A stretch of 64,000 nucleotides of DNA, taken from NCBI GenBank assembly GCA_016748015.1, contig JAAOMT010000512.1, forward strand, positions 468,719-532,718. The letters run 5' to 3'. Positions 27,692-41,700 of this stretch are shown piece after piece. The notes beneath the pieces are model-generated. The model had not been told where the DNA came from. It was given only the letters and a program-made list of their open reading frames with translations, and made no database searches. This stretch comes from Geosiphon pyriformis uo1 (lineage: Eukaryota > Fungi > Glomeromycota). A program made the translations under genes and the position numbers. The first letter of the stretch is position 1, and every line of letters starts with the position of its first letter.

Positions 27692-29385
27692 TTATTAATA
27701 AAAATTGTATATTAGTATAATTTATTACATGTTTTTTTATAACCAAGAATGTTATTTTATATTTTTTTATCTAAAAATTTTTTTTTGCAAATAAAATAAA
27801 ATAAAATTTATTGTTTCACTTTTATTATTATTTTAGTTGTCTAAAACATTCTTAATAACAAGTTTTATAATAATAATAAGTGTATATTTCATATAATTAA
27901 AGCTTTTTATTATAATCTTTGTATTTGAGTAGAATATAAGATGGTTGTTTTCTTGATTTTAATGTTAAATATAAAATATATTAACTATTAACTAGTTTAT
28001 TTGTAAAAATAGTGATTTAAAGTTTGTCTTTTTTTTTCTATGTAAGTATTAGTAATAACTTATTGTGATTTTTTTGGTTTATAAGACTTAATATACTTTT
28101 TAAGTAGATTTTTTTTCTTTTTTTTACTTAATTAATAATTGTTTATTTTAAAATAGTTTTAAAATAACTGCAAATAACTAGTACTCAACTTTGTTAATTA
28201 TTATAGTTTAACTAAAGCTTTTAAGTATTTCAATTAAGCATAATATTAGTCTTAAATAGTTAATTATTACTAATAAAAATTTGGTACTGTATAATTTTTA
28301 TAATTAAGATTTTAATAAACATAATAATATTGTTAACTTTAAATAGAAAATTATCAATCTTATCAAAAAAAGTCTTTATTATTTTATTAGCAATAATAAT
28401 TCTAGTACTAATAATATAATTAACTTAATAATCTAATTAATTTATAAGTTGTTATGTAATTATGCTATTTGTTAACTTACTATTAAGAATTAGCTTAATA
28501 AAATAGCCATTAACTTTTGCATTAGTATAAATAATAATAATTAGTCTAGTGTTAAGAGTAATTTTATTAAATAGTAGTATTTTTACTAAGTCTTTTAGTT
28601 TAAAAATAATAATAATAAATAACTGGTTTTTTGTAATAATTGTTAGTAAAATGTTGTTAATAAGTGATTAAATAAGTTGTTTGTTAGAGTGGTCAAAAGA
28701 CTTAAATAGTTCTATGAATTCGAATTTTAGATGTATTTATTTTTCAAATTATGTTAATATATTCTTGATGGCTGGCTTAATAAATTAAAAATTAGTTAGT
28801 ACATAATTATTTCTAATTTCTAATTTTTCTGAATATACATAACTTTTGGTTTTTGGTTTCTAATTGATATTTAAACTAGAATTTAGAACAGTACTTAAAT
28901 TTGTTAAGATTGATTAATTATTTATATTTGTAGAGCTTAATAAATTACAAGTATTAAGGTTTAATATATTAAAAATATATATATTAACTACATTATTTGA
29001 AATTAATAGGGCTAATATTAATATTGTTTTAATAACAAATTACTAATATAGTTTAGAATTTAAAATCTGCAATTAAAGTTTCTATATTGATTTTCTAATT
29101 ATTAACTAATTAATCTTATTTTACAGTTAATTTTTAAATATTCTTGCTTATAACAATAGTAACAAATATGTATTTCTTGTTGTCATAACTAATTTATTAG
29201 TAATAATAATAATAAATATAACTAATTCTGAAACCAATTATGGTTTTTTTAATTGTTATAATATTAAAGATTTTAATAAATTAATGTATTATTAGCTAAG
29301 TATTTTTTTAATTTCTGAGACTTTTTTTTTTTCTCTCATTGATCCCCAAACCACAACAAGAGCTATAGTTAATTGTTTAAAGAAG

Positions 29386-29430
<45 letters not shown>

Positions 29431-29501
29431 CCTTTTCCCTTTTATTTACTTAAGTCATTTCTTCTAACACACCTCTTTTTGTTATAATAGAACTGATAGG
29501 C

Positions 29502-31457
29502 ATGTTTATTGGTGGTTCTGGTTTGTTGTCAGCTAGGTTGGAGTCCTGGCCTAATAATAAGAATAACAAAAAAAAGGCACAAGTTGATAGTGTGTACTCT
29601 CGCAGTCTTTCGTTCAAGAAACCAAAAAAATCTGAGGTTTCTGATACTGTTGTGGATTCATCAACTGGGCCTTTGTCTGTTGAGATGTTACAAGCTACTG
29701 ATATTAGGTGTGACAGATCTTGGGGCAGTGAGATGGAAAGTGAGGAAAACAGTGTGAGTGGGTTGTCAGATGTGCAAAACTTAAAGAACACTATTACTAA
29801 AAAAACGAGCTATGTTGACTCCAATGCTTCTAAGATGGATGACATGATAGATGATACAACTCTTAGAAAAACAAAAACGAGGACTTATGTCTTGGAGCAA
29901 CTGCCAAAAGCTTCTTTCTTTGTGAATACAAGTGACAATGATAGTGAGTTGGTTCTACTAGCACCTAAATTTGTTGGATTCAATCAGCTGCCATCTGCTG
30001 AATTATGTGTTCTAGAGAAACAAAATTTTAAGCCAGTAAAATTGTTCACATTGGATGTTGAGTTATCTGCTGTTTTTGGAAAGACTAATAGTGATAAATT
30101 ATTGGCAATAAAAAAAATTTTTTATTGAATTGATGGTTTTGAAAGAGTGTCAACTCCCTCAAAATTCCCAGACATCATCAGAGCTTCATTCATCTTTGAC
30201 TTTAGTATAAATAAGACAAAGAAATTGGCAATCTGTGAGAAAATTATTGTTAATGATAATCTAAAAAAAATAAATAGCCATTCAGATCAGGAGATGATCA
30301 TCAAGAAGATTCCAGTTGATCTTCCCAAATCGGCTATAGAATCTGTTTTTTCCAAATTTGGCAAGGTTGTTTCAATCAAGGTACAGCTAATTGGTCTATG
30401 GCAAAAAGTTTTAGTGGAGTTTGAGTCTTCTGAAATAGCTGATTTGGTCACAGCTAGATGGTCTGTCTTTATGGAAAAAAATTCTGTTCGTATAGCAAAA
30501 GCCATTAATAATAAGCAAATGTGAGTTTCCAAAGATTATCATTGGGCTTTGTTGTACACACTTCCAGTTGGTACCACTGCTTATGATTTGTCAGGTTTAA
30601 TGGATTTTTATGATGGGAAAACTTGCTTTATTGACCATAATCCTGGTTTATATGTTCATAATAGATGCACAGTTGTTTGTTTTGATAGTAAGGCATTCAA
30701 ATTGGCTGCTATTGGTTCTGTTCCAGTTTATAAGAGTGTAAATTTACACTGGGGTGGTCTTTCTCTGGCTTGTTGCACCAAGTGTAAACAATTGGGTCAT
30801 ATCTCTATAATGTGTTCATTGGGTGAGAATTCTGGTGTTCATAATAAGCGAATGATAACTTCTCAGAATCAGGTCTATTTGACCAACATATATAAGAAAA
30901 AACAAACACCAATTGTTTGCCCAGTTTCTTTTGGTAAGAAAACTTGGGCACAGGTTGCTAGCAGTTCTCTCTCTTGTGTGGTTTTGTCAGATCTTTTTGG
31001 TATGGGTTCATTTTCAGGTGCAAAACCTGTTTTGTTGGCTTCTAACTTCCTTGGTGATTCCTGTTTGGTTGATCAATTGGCTTCTCTGGAATGCTCTTTA
31101 GAGCTTTTAACAGATTAGGTTTCAGCTATTATGAAAAAATTGAGCTTTGTGAAATTGGTGCCTTTAGTGTCCGAATCTCATGTCTCTTCTCTGGTTGTTC
31201 TTGCATCTGTAATATCTAATTTGGACTCAGATATGGCTCTAGATAGTACATTAGCATCTTCTTCTCCTTCTTTCTCAGTCATTATTGCAGACTCAATTGC
31301 TGACTTCAGTTCAAATAGTTCTAAAGTTTTGACCACCAAGGTGAGTAGATTAGAATCTAAGATGGTGGCTTTAGAGGTATCAGTTGAATCTGTTTTGGAA
31401 AAATTGGATCATTTGTGCTCTGATTTGGGATCATTTACTTCTTTTTCTTTTCAATGA
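29502..31457 (+). pseudogene. LINE ORF1 (RRM domains plus CCHC knuckle), with in-frame stops
   Basis: Same-frame ORF fragments at 29502, 30147, 30549 and 31131. RRM-like IIKKIPVDLPKSAIESVFSKFGKVVSIKVQ...VLVEFES; knuckle CCTKCKQLGHISIMC; C-terminal coiled-coil-like segments. Confidence 0.85.
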
Positions 31458-34400
31458 GTGACTTTGTTTGGAAATTTGTAACATGTAATGTTCACAGTAT
31501 CAATGTTCCCACCAAGCAAAAAGACATTATCTATTGGCATAAAAATTCTGGAAATTTGGTTTTGATAATTACTGAGACAAAGCTAAAATCTAGTAGTAGG
31601 CTCTAAATTAAGGATAAGTTTGATGAAGTCAAAGTTTTTTCATCTGGATTGGATAAGGGATTTCTTGGTGCTGGTGTTGCAATCATTATAAACACTTCTC
31701 TAGCTTGTCATGTTTGTAAGGTTTCTAAGGTGTCTGGTTGGCTCCTTTCAGTTAAGCTGTTGTTCAAAAATAAACTTTCTGTGCCAATTTTGGGGCTCTA
31801 TGCTGGAGCATTCCTGGCTGTTCATTTCTCTCAAGCTAATAATGTCAATTCTGTGATAGCAAAGGCAGTCAATGAATCCTTATTTGGTGGTTTTGGGTGG
31901 TGACTTCAATGAGAATGGCTTCCAAAGGTGTGCTAGTTTCAAGAAGTATCTGGATTTTGGTTTGGTCAATTCTTTGGGTGAAAGTTCTTTTGTTAAAATG
32001 CCTACATGGATTAACTCTTGGGGCATGGTTAAGATTATTAATTTCTTGTTTGTTTCCTCAAACTTAGTCAATGCTGTGGTGGATTATGTAGGATCTGATA
32101 TTGGTGAATTTTTTAATACTGATTATTAAGCTGTTTTTATGTCAATAGATTTGGGTGGACTTTTGGATGTGCAGTTGAACTCTCTTTGTAAACAGACTAA
32201 TAAGGATCATTGAAAGTTTGATTTTAAGGGTGCTGATGACAATAAGTGAGAAAATTTTAAAAATGCCACATTGGCCAATGCTGGGATGTTCTTTAATAAA
32301 TTCACTGTTGCTGTCAAGTTCTCAAATCTGGATGCTATGTAAGATGTTTTACGCAGGATAATGGCTCTTTCTGCAAATAAAATATTTAGAAAAAAATGGT
32401 TCAAGGATTTTGATAGTGTTTTTACCAAAGTGTCTTCAAAGTTCCATAAGTTAGAGCTTTTGGTTTTGAAAATTGTCAAGGCCTCTCGTGAAGGCAATGT
32501 TGTTAGTTTTGTTTCTCTTATAAAGTGCTGGGACTCTTTGAACAGTATCAAGGCCTCAATTGTTCAAGACCTTATTAACTCTGGTGTGACTTCTAGTCAT
32601 ATTTATTTTGTTTTCTCTAATATGAGAAAGTCTTATTGTGTGTCCAAGCTTGCTAAATCTTTGGCAACTAAGGAAGTGAACATTAGAGCTGCTATAAATA
32701 AGAGAATAGAAAGCTTTGAGACAGATAAAGGCCACACTATCAAGAGTGTTTTGGAGTGTCCTTTCCACAAAGTGGTTCTGGACTATCTGGTTGTTGAGGA
32801 TGAGCTTATTTTGTAGTCTGATTCAGTTAAATCTAAGATGGATGTTATTATGGAAGATTGGACCAAAAAGCATGATATGGTTGCTGATGTCTCTGATGTT
32901 TAGTCTTATCAATATTGGCTGTTGGGTTATGTTTTTGATGAAGTCTTTTCTGGTGTGATGTGTTCAATTGAGTTTAATGAGCTGTTTGATGTGATTTCTG
33001 ATCTGCTTGACGGCAAAACTGCTGGTCTTTTAGGTATCACAAATGAGCTTTGAAAACATTGTAACAAGTCAATTCTGGATATGTTTTTGGCACTTTTAAA
33101 TCTTTGTCTATCTTGTGAATCAGTACTCGGATCTTGGACAGAGGCTTGGGTCTTGATGATTTCTAAACCATATGAATAGGAGAGTGTTTTCACAAATACC
33201 CATCCTATTGCTTTGATCGAAACAGCTTAAAAGATTTTTTTCAAGATTCTCTCTGATAAGATTTCTCTAACATACAGCACTTTTGACATTCTTTGTGAAG
33301 ACAATTTTTTGGTTTTGAAGGGTATGACAACTCAATCTCTTATTTTTGCAGTTAGATCTGTGATTGAGGATGCATTTAAAAAAAATCGGGAGCTCTGGCT
33401 GGTTTTGCAGAATATGTGGAAAGCATACAATTCAGTTGGCTGGAAACATCTCGAGAAGAGTTTGGTCAGGATCAAGATGTGCAGCAGATTCATTTGATTT
33501 TTCAGTAGTATTCATAAAAATCATACCAACAGAGTAATAACAGACTTTGGGTTGACAGATGGTTATTGTGTACATGATAGTTTGGACCAAAAGAAGGTCT
33601 TTTTTTCTCTTCTGTGATATATATTTTATGATCTTCTGCTATGCAAAGTTAAGAGACAGAAAAGCATATGTGGTTATAGGTTAAGTTCTCATTTCATTTC
33701 AAAGACCGGTCATGCTGAGTCCCAGACTGGGCTCTCTTTTTTTCTTGCTGCTAGTGCTTTCATTAATGATATGATTTGGGTTGGTAATAGTCAGGCAGCT
33801 ACTCAACATATTCTCAACATTGCAAGTGAATTTTTTTGGATAAATAATATTTCTATCAATAATAACAAAACAGTGGCCATCCTCATTAATAGCAGGGTCA
33901 ATGCCCCTTTTCTTTCTATCAGTGGCTTGCTAATCTCCATTGCCAAAAAGGGTAAATCTTATCAATATTTGGGTATTTTTCTCTCTACTAAAGATCTCTC
34001 AAAGCCTAGTTTAGTGAAAGTGAATTTGGATATTTGTTTTTTTACCAATCTGGTCCTGAAAAAAGCTGTCTCAGATAAACAGTTCTTATATTTAGTATTG
34101 GCAGTTCTTTATTCTATAGTTAGTTATAGAACACAATTCAGTTTTGTTCCTATTAGTATGTGTAACAAGTGGGATGCTTTGATTTGTAAGGGCTTGAAGT
34201 TTAAATCCGGCCTATCTTTTGATTTCCCTAGTAATACAATTCATTACTCTTCTTTCTATAGTTTGAAATTTTTCTTTCAAGTTTAATCTGAAAGCAAGAC
34301 AGCCTCTCTTGTTAGTTTTGTAAATTCGGGTGACATTCTGGGTCATTTGTTCTCTCACAGGTTTCATGACTTACAAGTTTTAAGCTGGCACTTCATTCAT

Positions 34401-35762
34401 CTATTGAGTTCTCCTGTGCATATTTGTGTTAATGCTTCTAATAACTTTCTGGCAGGCATGATTCATGTTCTTCTTAATTGCAATTTGTCCCTGGGTGGCT
34501 CTTTGGCCAATCTTTTTTGGTGTTGTGGTAGGGTCCCTATGTCTGCTGTTCTGGGTGAGTTACAGTTTCTTAGGTTTTTCTCTTCTCTCCAATGGTATGG
34601 TATTATTTTTGTAGATCAACTTCATAATTGTTATGGTTCTGTCTTTAATTGGCACACTTTCAAGTGTTGAAAAAAATTAGACCTTTGTGGTCCAGTTTCT
34701 GAGTGGTTCAAGCTTTCTGTAGCATTTCTTAATGGTAGAAGTCTTTTTTCTATTCATTCCTCAGTTTTGAATAGTGTTGGTTCTTTGAACATTCTTGAAT
34801 CTAGTGATTTTGTTAATGTCTGTGATCATTTCTTACAAGTTGGTACTAACAGTTTATCAGTGTATACAGATGGGTCTCTTAGTAATCTGGACACAGTTGG
34901 CTGTAGAGCTGGCACTACCACTTTTTTTAAGAACATAAGTTTGGGTTTGAATATCAGTGTGTTAGGTTTGATGTCATCTACTTTGGCGGAGTTGCAAGCT
35001 ATTGCACTGGTTCTGGAGAGTGTCCCCCTATTGAGCTCTGTTAAATTGTTTTCAGATAGTCAATTTGCTCTAAATGCCTGCAAGTCGGAATTGGGTATAG
35101 CATGTCCTGACTTTTGTAATCAGTATTGGATTAAATGTTGCCATATTGTCAATATAATTCACAGCAAGAATTTGAAGATCAGTTGGCATAAGATTAAAGA
35201 CCACTCTGGTGTTTCAGAAAATAAGCATGCTGATGCAATTACTGGTGACACTTCTCTCTCTAATTGGCATCTTCTTCCTCATTTGAGTGCATACTTCATA
35301 ATGGCTGATGATAGTGTGGTTTCTGGCAATTTCAGACATTTTGTCTATAATATTTATTATTTAGTTTGTTGTGTGTATTAGAAGGTTGGTTTTGGCTCCA
35401 AGTTTTTGGCAGACAGTTTGCTTTCTGAGATTGACTGGCTCCATTTGTCTTTGGTTTGGCATTCTAACTTGTACATGGCTGTCAGTTTTACCAACAGACT
35501 CTTAGCTAATGTATGTACTTATTTTATGAAAGCTTTGTACCACTGGCTGCCAGTTGCCATTTGAAAACACCTTTATAATAGACTATATCTAAGTGTGTTG
35601 TGTTTATATTGTTGCAATGTGGAGGCATCAGATCATGTGTTCTCTTGCAAAATTGATGATTCTATCTGACACCAGTTGTTGGAATCCCATGTGGACTCTT
35701 GGAAGACAGTTTCTGATCTCTTCTATTCTTCTTTAGGCATATTTCAACTGTTGTCTTTATGT
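31454..35762 (+). pseudogene. LINE ORF2, 5' part: APE endonuclease, RT, RNase H, CCHC finger
   Basis: APE: TCNVHS, ETKL, LGGDFNE. RT: HPIALIET, QNMWKAYNSV, AFIND (from FVDD). RNase H: VYTDGS, AELQAI, FSDSQ, WHKIKDHSGVSENKHADA. Finger: CLYCCNVEASDHVFSC. Confidence 0.9.
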
Positions 35763-36588
35763 TGTTACAGGTGACTACTTCTGGTGTTAAATTAAATAAC
35801 AAACCCATAACTTGGTGCTCAAATCTAGTTGCAGTTAATAGTGCTCTGAAGGTTTTGTACCTGAAAGTTTCAGTTTAAGTTCTTTGTATAATGGACAGAA
35901 ATTCAATAGTTGTTTTATTTGTAGCTTTCCAGAATCGCAATTCTGTCAATTCTTCTCTTAGTGTAATGGCCGGCAATCCTCTAATAAGTATTCCATATCT
36001 GTTGTACATGTCCTACCTTCTCACAGTGGTCTTTTATCAGGCAATCCTTGATGTCAGTAATCTAGCACTTTATTCAACCAATTAGTGCACAACAATAAAA
36101 TCAAAATAAAATAAAGAAAGAAACAAAAAAAAATCATAAATAAGCCAAGGCGATTTGCAAGTTAGTATTCTGTCAATAGCTGTAATCAAGAGCTATTGTT
36201 TCAGTGTGGTTAAATATCAATTACTATCAACATAAAGTGTTGATAGTGGCAGCAGGTTTGAGATAACAAACAGTTATTTATTTGTGATTTGGAAAGTTGT
36301 CAAGATAAAATCTAAATGAAGAGATTTGTCTTTTCAACTTCTAATCCTACTGCTATATATACATAATTGAAATTCCTTAATTTCTTAATTTTTTACAACA
36401 GAAATCCTGCAATTCCTTTAAGAAAAATTCTGAAATTCTGAAATTCTGCAATTCTTTGTAAGAATCCTGTAATTCCTGGAATCCTGCAATTCCTAAGAAG
36501 AATCCTGGAATTCTATATTTTACTATGTCTACTTCTGATTGGCTAATAACTATGCTAATATATATTCCCTATATTTTTATAAGTAACA
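35763..36588 (-). repeat. 3' LTR of element A
   Basis: TGTTA...TAACA; direct repeat of 54910-55720; adjacent to the PPT. Confidence 0.95.
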
Positions 36589-36605
36589 TTATTTCTTCTT
36601 TTTAA
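36589..36605 (-). promoter_or_regulatory. Polypurine tract of element A (G>A eroded)
   Basis: Minus strand reads AAAAAGAAGAAATAA directly before the LTR TG. Confidence 0.75.
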
Positions 36606-37261
36606 TATTGAGCTCTATCAAAATCTAATTCTGTTAATTCTCCTTCTTGAAATATTTCTTAAATTTCATTTTCGAGAATTACTTGTGTTATTTGAGTCTG
36701 TAATTCTTCAAATTAAGTGTTGGTAATCTTTCCTAATTAATTACTGATAACCATATTCATTGTTTTGTTGAGTAAGATTTCTGGTCGATCCTAAAATGCT
36801 GTATGTATTTGGTATATGGCTTGGGCCTGTGTAGATAAGTTGTTTTTTCTTACAAAATGTTCTAATTGTTGTAGTATTCTTGTGTCAAATAATTGCTTTG
36901 TTTTATCTGTATATAAATTCTGGATATTCACATGTTGTCCCAAGTAAAAATAACAATAGTTTCTTGGAAATTGTTGTATCTACCAATTCCAAGTTTTTTT
37001 AGTCAACTCTTGATATAGTGACTCTTTTGTTGACTCTTTTATTGCTAATTTTACTTTTGCAATGATTTTGTCAATGGTATTTTCTGTTTTCTTCTGTGTT
37101 CTATGTGATGCTGTCTTTCTAGTGTCTTGATATTAGATGGTTTGTTGATTAATTGTAATTTCCATCTCTTGGTGTTGAATCAATTGAAAAAATTGTTGTG
37201 CTAGTGAGTGGATGTTGTCTGTAATTTCCATTTTTCTGATATTTCTTGTCATGTCTACCAT
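36602..37261 (-). pseudogene. Element A ORF3, unknown ~220-aa protein in the env position
   Basis: Manual translation MVDMTRNIRKMEITDNIHSLAQQFFQLIQ...FPRNYCYFYLGQ...AQAIYQIHTAF...LGKITNT*FEELQTQI...LDFDRAQY*; one frame, 660 nt; homologous to B ORF3. Confidence 0.7.
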
Positions 37262-38667
37262 GTCTTTATATATTCTTTTGATGGATTAATTAATGTGTTG
37301 TTGTTAATAATGATGATTGGTTCCAAATCTTGTGAAATTTCTTCTGGTTGGACTAGTATCTTCTGTACTCCTAATTGTGGAATATTATTGGTGGATGGTG
37401 GTGTAATGTTGTGGTATGATTTCAGTTGATCTGCATATGCTACTTTGGTTAAGATTTTGTTATCCAGTCTTAATTTGTAAGCTTCATTCCCTAGAATTTC
37501 TTCTATGTGAAATAGTCTATCTCATTTGGAGTCGAATTTTCTACTCCATTGTTTTTCTGCTTTGGTACAATGTAAAAGTACTTTGTCTCTAATCTTAAAT
37601 TCAACTGGTTTGTTTAGTAGTTGATTATCATGTTTTTCCTTCTGTTTTTCTTGTGACTTTTGTATGTTATTAGCTGCTCTTCTTTGTTTGTTTTCCAATG
37701 TTTCTATTAGGTCATATGTTTTTTTTAACAATGTCTCTTGGAAATTCTCTTCTGTTATTGGTTCAGTTGGATATGTGTTAACCTCTATCTCAACTGGTAA
37801 TATTGCTATTCTACCATATATCAATTCAAATGGTGTTGCTTGTGTAGTGTCTTGCTTTATTGTCCGATAAGCAAATAATACTGATGGTATAAACAAATTC
37901 CATTTGTCCTGGTTTTCTTGGCTGAGTTTTACTATTGCTTCACACAATATTCTATTAAATCTTTCAACTAATCCATTAGTTTGTGGATAGTATGGTAATG
38001 ATAGTGGTCTCTTAATTCCGAATCTTTGGCTTAGTTCTGCTAATGTTCTATTCACAAAATAGGTTCTTTGGTCTAATAATAGTTCTTTTGGACATCCATG
38101 TTGACAAATCAGATCTTGATAGATGAATTTAGCAACGGATTCTGTATCCGCTCTTTGAATTGTTTTTGCTTCTGGCCATTTAATAAGATAGTTCATAGCT
38201 ACTGCAATATATCTGTTGCCTTTGCTGGTAATTGTCAATGGTCTGACTAAATCGATTCCAATGTGATCAAATAGTTGTCCCACTTTGATTGGTCTCAATG
38301 GTTCACTGGGTTTTGTTTCTTCTTTTTTTTGACAAGCATTACAATTTTGCACATATTGGATGATGTCTGGATACATTGATGGCCAATAGTATCTCTTTCT
38401 GGTTCTTTTCATGGTTGCTTCTTTATGGAAATGTCCTGCAGTTGGATCTGAGTATATGTTGAACAGTATTGTCTCTTTTTCTGATTCTGTAATTACTTTG
38501 GTTGGTTGATCTGAATCTTTTCTATTTTTCCTATAAAGTATATTTTGGTAAGTGATAAAATATTTGGATTGTTGTTTAATCCTCTTTTGTTCTGGTTGAG
38601 ATAATTTCTCCTTGAACTGTTGAGTATCTATATAATGTTGAAGTTGTTGATATTTTTGTGTGTTCAT
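37255..38667 (-). pseudogene. Element A integrase, separate ORF
   Basis: Own ATG (MNTQKY). HHCC remnant (GHF...CNAC); catalytic core IGIDLV, LLDQ, PQTNGLVERFN; GPY/F-type tail. Confidence 0.9.
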
Positions 38668-38728
38668 TTTTTGTTATATTTTCGTGAGTATTGTTTGGGT
38701 TTTGTTATATTTTTGGGTTGAATTGTTC

Positions 38729-41700
38729 TTAGATTTGTCTCATTCATGACAAACCATCAGCATTTCCATTGTTTTTTCCCTTTTTATAATATATGGTATA
38801 AGTATATGTTAAAAGAGCCATTTTCCATCTTGACTGTTTTCTATCTCCAAATTCTTGTTTTTGGAGTGATGTTAATCCTTTGTGATTTGTGTACACCTCA
38901 AACTTTTGGCTCAAGTATTCTTTCCATTTCATAACTGCCCAATAGATTGCTAGATGTTCTAATTCTGGTGTTCCATAGTTCTTTTCGGCTGGAGTCAAAT
39001 CTTGGCTGACATATGTAACTGAATGTTCTCTTCCATCTGGTCCTCTCTGAGATAGTACTGCTCCCAATGCTTGACCTGATGCATCAATGATAATAATAAA
39101 TGGTTTACTATGATCTGAATAGATCAATACTGAAGCTTGAATAAGCTTTCTTCTTAAGATGTCAAATGTTTCTTGCTGGGTTTCAGTCCATTTATATTTT
39201 GCATTTTTGGTTTGAAGATCATTGAGTGGTTGTGCTATCTTTGAAAAGTTCTTTATGAAGCATCTATAATAGCTCGCGAATTCCAAGAATGATTTCAGCT
39301 TGGTTACATTGGTTGGTATTGGAAAATTTTTTACTATTTCTATTTTCTCTAGATCTGTTTTTATGCCATCTTTGCTAACTATGTGTCCCAAGAATTTTAG
39401 TTCTGTTTTGCCAAAAAAATACTTTGTTGTATTCAATTTTAATTCTGCTCATTGTAGTCTTTCAAACACTTGTTGGAGATAATGTAGATGATTATCAAAT
39501 GTTTTTGAGAACACATTGGTGTTATTCAAGTATATAACTACTGATTTTCACAATAAGCTGGTATACATGATTTTCATTAGCTGTTGAAATGTAGCTGGAG
39601 CATTGATTAAGCTGAATGGCATAACTTCAAACTCAAAGTTTCTCTCTTTTGTGGTGAATGCCATTTTTTTTTGTCAGCTGGATCCATGGCTACTTGTCAG
39701 TAACCACTATTCAAGTCTAACATTGAGAACCATTTGTTTCCACTGAAAGTGTCAAATAGTTCTTGTATTCATGGAGTTGGATAGCTGTCTCCACAAGTTA
39801 CATCATTGAGTTTTCTGTAGTCTACACAAAATCGGATTTTTCCATTCTTCTTATGGACAAGTACTACTGGTGATGACCATGGGCTCATTAATGGCTGAAT
39901 TAACCTGTTGTCAAGCATTTGGTTGATCTCTTGATGAATGATTTCATGGCTGGCTGGCAGTACTCTGTATGCTCACTATTTGATTGACATTGTATCTCCA
40001 GTCTTGATCTGATGCTGGATAATATCAGTTCTGCCAAATTCATTTTCACTGGCAAAGATGTCATTGAAATTATTAACTAACATCTTTAGTTGTATCTGTT
40101 GAAGTGGGTCTAGATTTCTCATGTTCATCTGTTCCAATTGTTCTGGCTGTAACAGATAATATTTGTTTCATCCGTAGATGGTTTGTGATGTAATGTTCAC
40201 ATATTCACAAAGCTGTGGAAAATCTGGAATGCTGCTTGGTGCTTGATCTTCAATTTCTGTGGTTAAATATTCAAGAGTGGTTCCTTCCAGTATCTCTACA
40301 ATATTTTCAGTATTGTTGTAGATGGAAATTTTGATATGGTTATGGCTTTTGGCTGGTATGTGTAGATTAATAAGTCCAATTTCTCCTGATTCACAAAGGA
40401 TTACTTCTGCTTCAAAAATCTGTTCTTGCTCTTTCTCTTTTCTTTCTATCACTAACATGTATTGGCTATATGGTGGAATGGAAATTGTTTGACTGGTTAA
40501 GATAATTTCTCTTTGGCCAATAATTTCTTCCTCCACCATATTAATTGGTATATCTATTCTATCTGTGGATTCGAATCCCTGTATCTCTCTTACTGTTATC
40601 CCTAATTCTTTTCTGTTTTCTACTAATATTAATTGAGCTACTTTAACCAGAGGCAGAAATATTGCCTGTACTATCTTTTCATTTGACTCTATAATATAGG
40701 CCTTTTCTGAGTCATTTTGTAGCATGGTGATGATATTTTCCACATATCTCATGTCAATTATTCCTCCTCTTATATTTATTCCTCTTTTTGCTAGACTACT
40801 CCTAGATGTTAATTAAACTATTGTTGTTGCCGGAATTTCCAGTGCTATTTTCAAATCAATACAGGTGCATAAATGTGGTTCCAATTTGATGGCATCTTTT
40901 CCTGAATACCTCAGATCAAATCTGGCATTAGTATCATGCATGCATTCTGGAATGATATCTTTATTGTTATCACTAAACTATTTAAGTTCTTGTTCCTTTG
41001 TAAGGTCAGAGATTGCGATATATTGTTCATATTTTAAATTGGAGTTTGAATCTGAGTTGAAATTGTCATCATCATTATTGTTATATTGGACGGAGCTGGA
41101 ACCAGTATTTTCATTATTGTCATTGTTGGAGTTTGAATCGGGATCAGATGGTGATTCCGATTCCAATGCACAGCTGTTGATTGGTTCTTCCTCTTCTGAG
41201 ATCATGTAGATCATGCATGGTGGTAGATTGTAGATGAGGTCACACTCATTACAATATTCAAAATCACTAGGAATTAAACAATGACGACACAGTCTTGTAT
41301 TTAATTGTTCTAGCCATTGCTCTTGCTCTTTTCTAATGGGAGCTAATTTTTGGTAGTGTTTGTGGAATTGTTTTAAATCTAGAAGATTTATGACTGGTTC
41401 TGGGTCCCAATCAAGTTTTATGAGTTCTGGTGGGTTGTTTTTAACTGTTCTAATTTTTTCTGGTAACGTGCCTTTGATTTTGGTGAGTGCCATTTGTCAT
41501 ATTTTGTTGTTGTCATGTGGGCAACTATCCAATCGATGCATGGCCCTTCTTCAAGCAGCTTTAATTGGTGTCCCTTTTCTAATCCAGTCACTAATGAGAA
41601 TCATGTATTGGCATGATTCATCACACATTCCCTTTTTCCCAGGAATGTTATTTCACATTTCTTTGTCGAGAAAAGTTTCTTCACAAGTTAAACATGGTGT

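Noticed and set aside
16300-29300. Extreme AT region as organellar insertion (NUMT) or centromeric satellite
   Set aside because: From ~17.8 kb it is colinear with Gypsy A/B sequences after C>T/G>A erosion; no organellar genes seen. 16.3-17.7 kb could not be assigned.
29450-33193. Antisense and alternate-frame ORFs over the LINE (and likewise over elements A and B)
   Set aside because: Shadow ORFs of the true retroelement frames.
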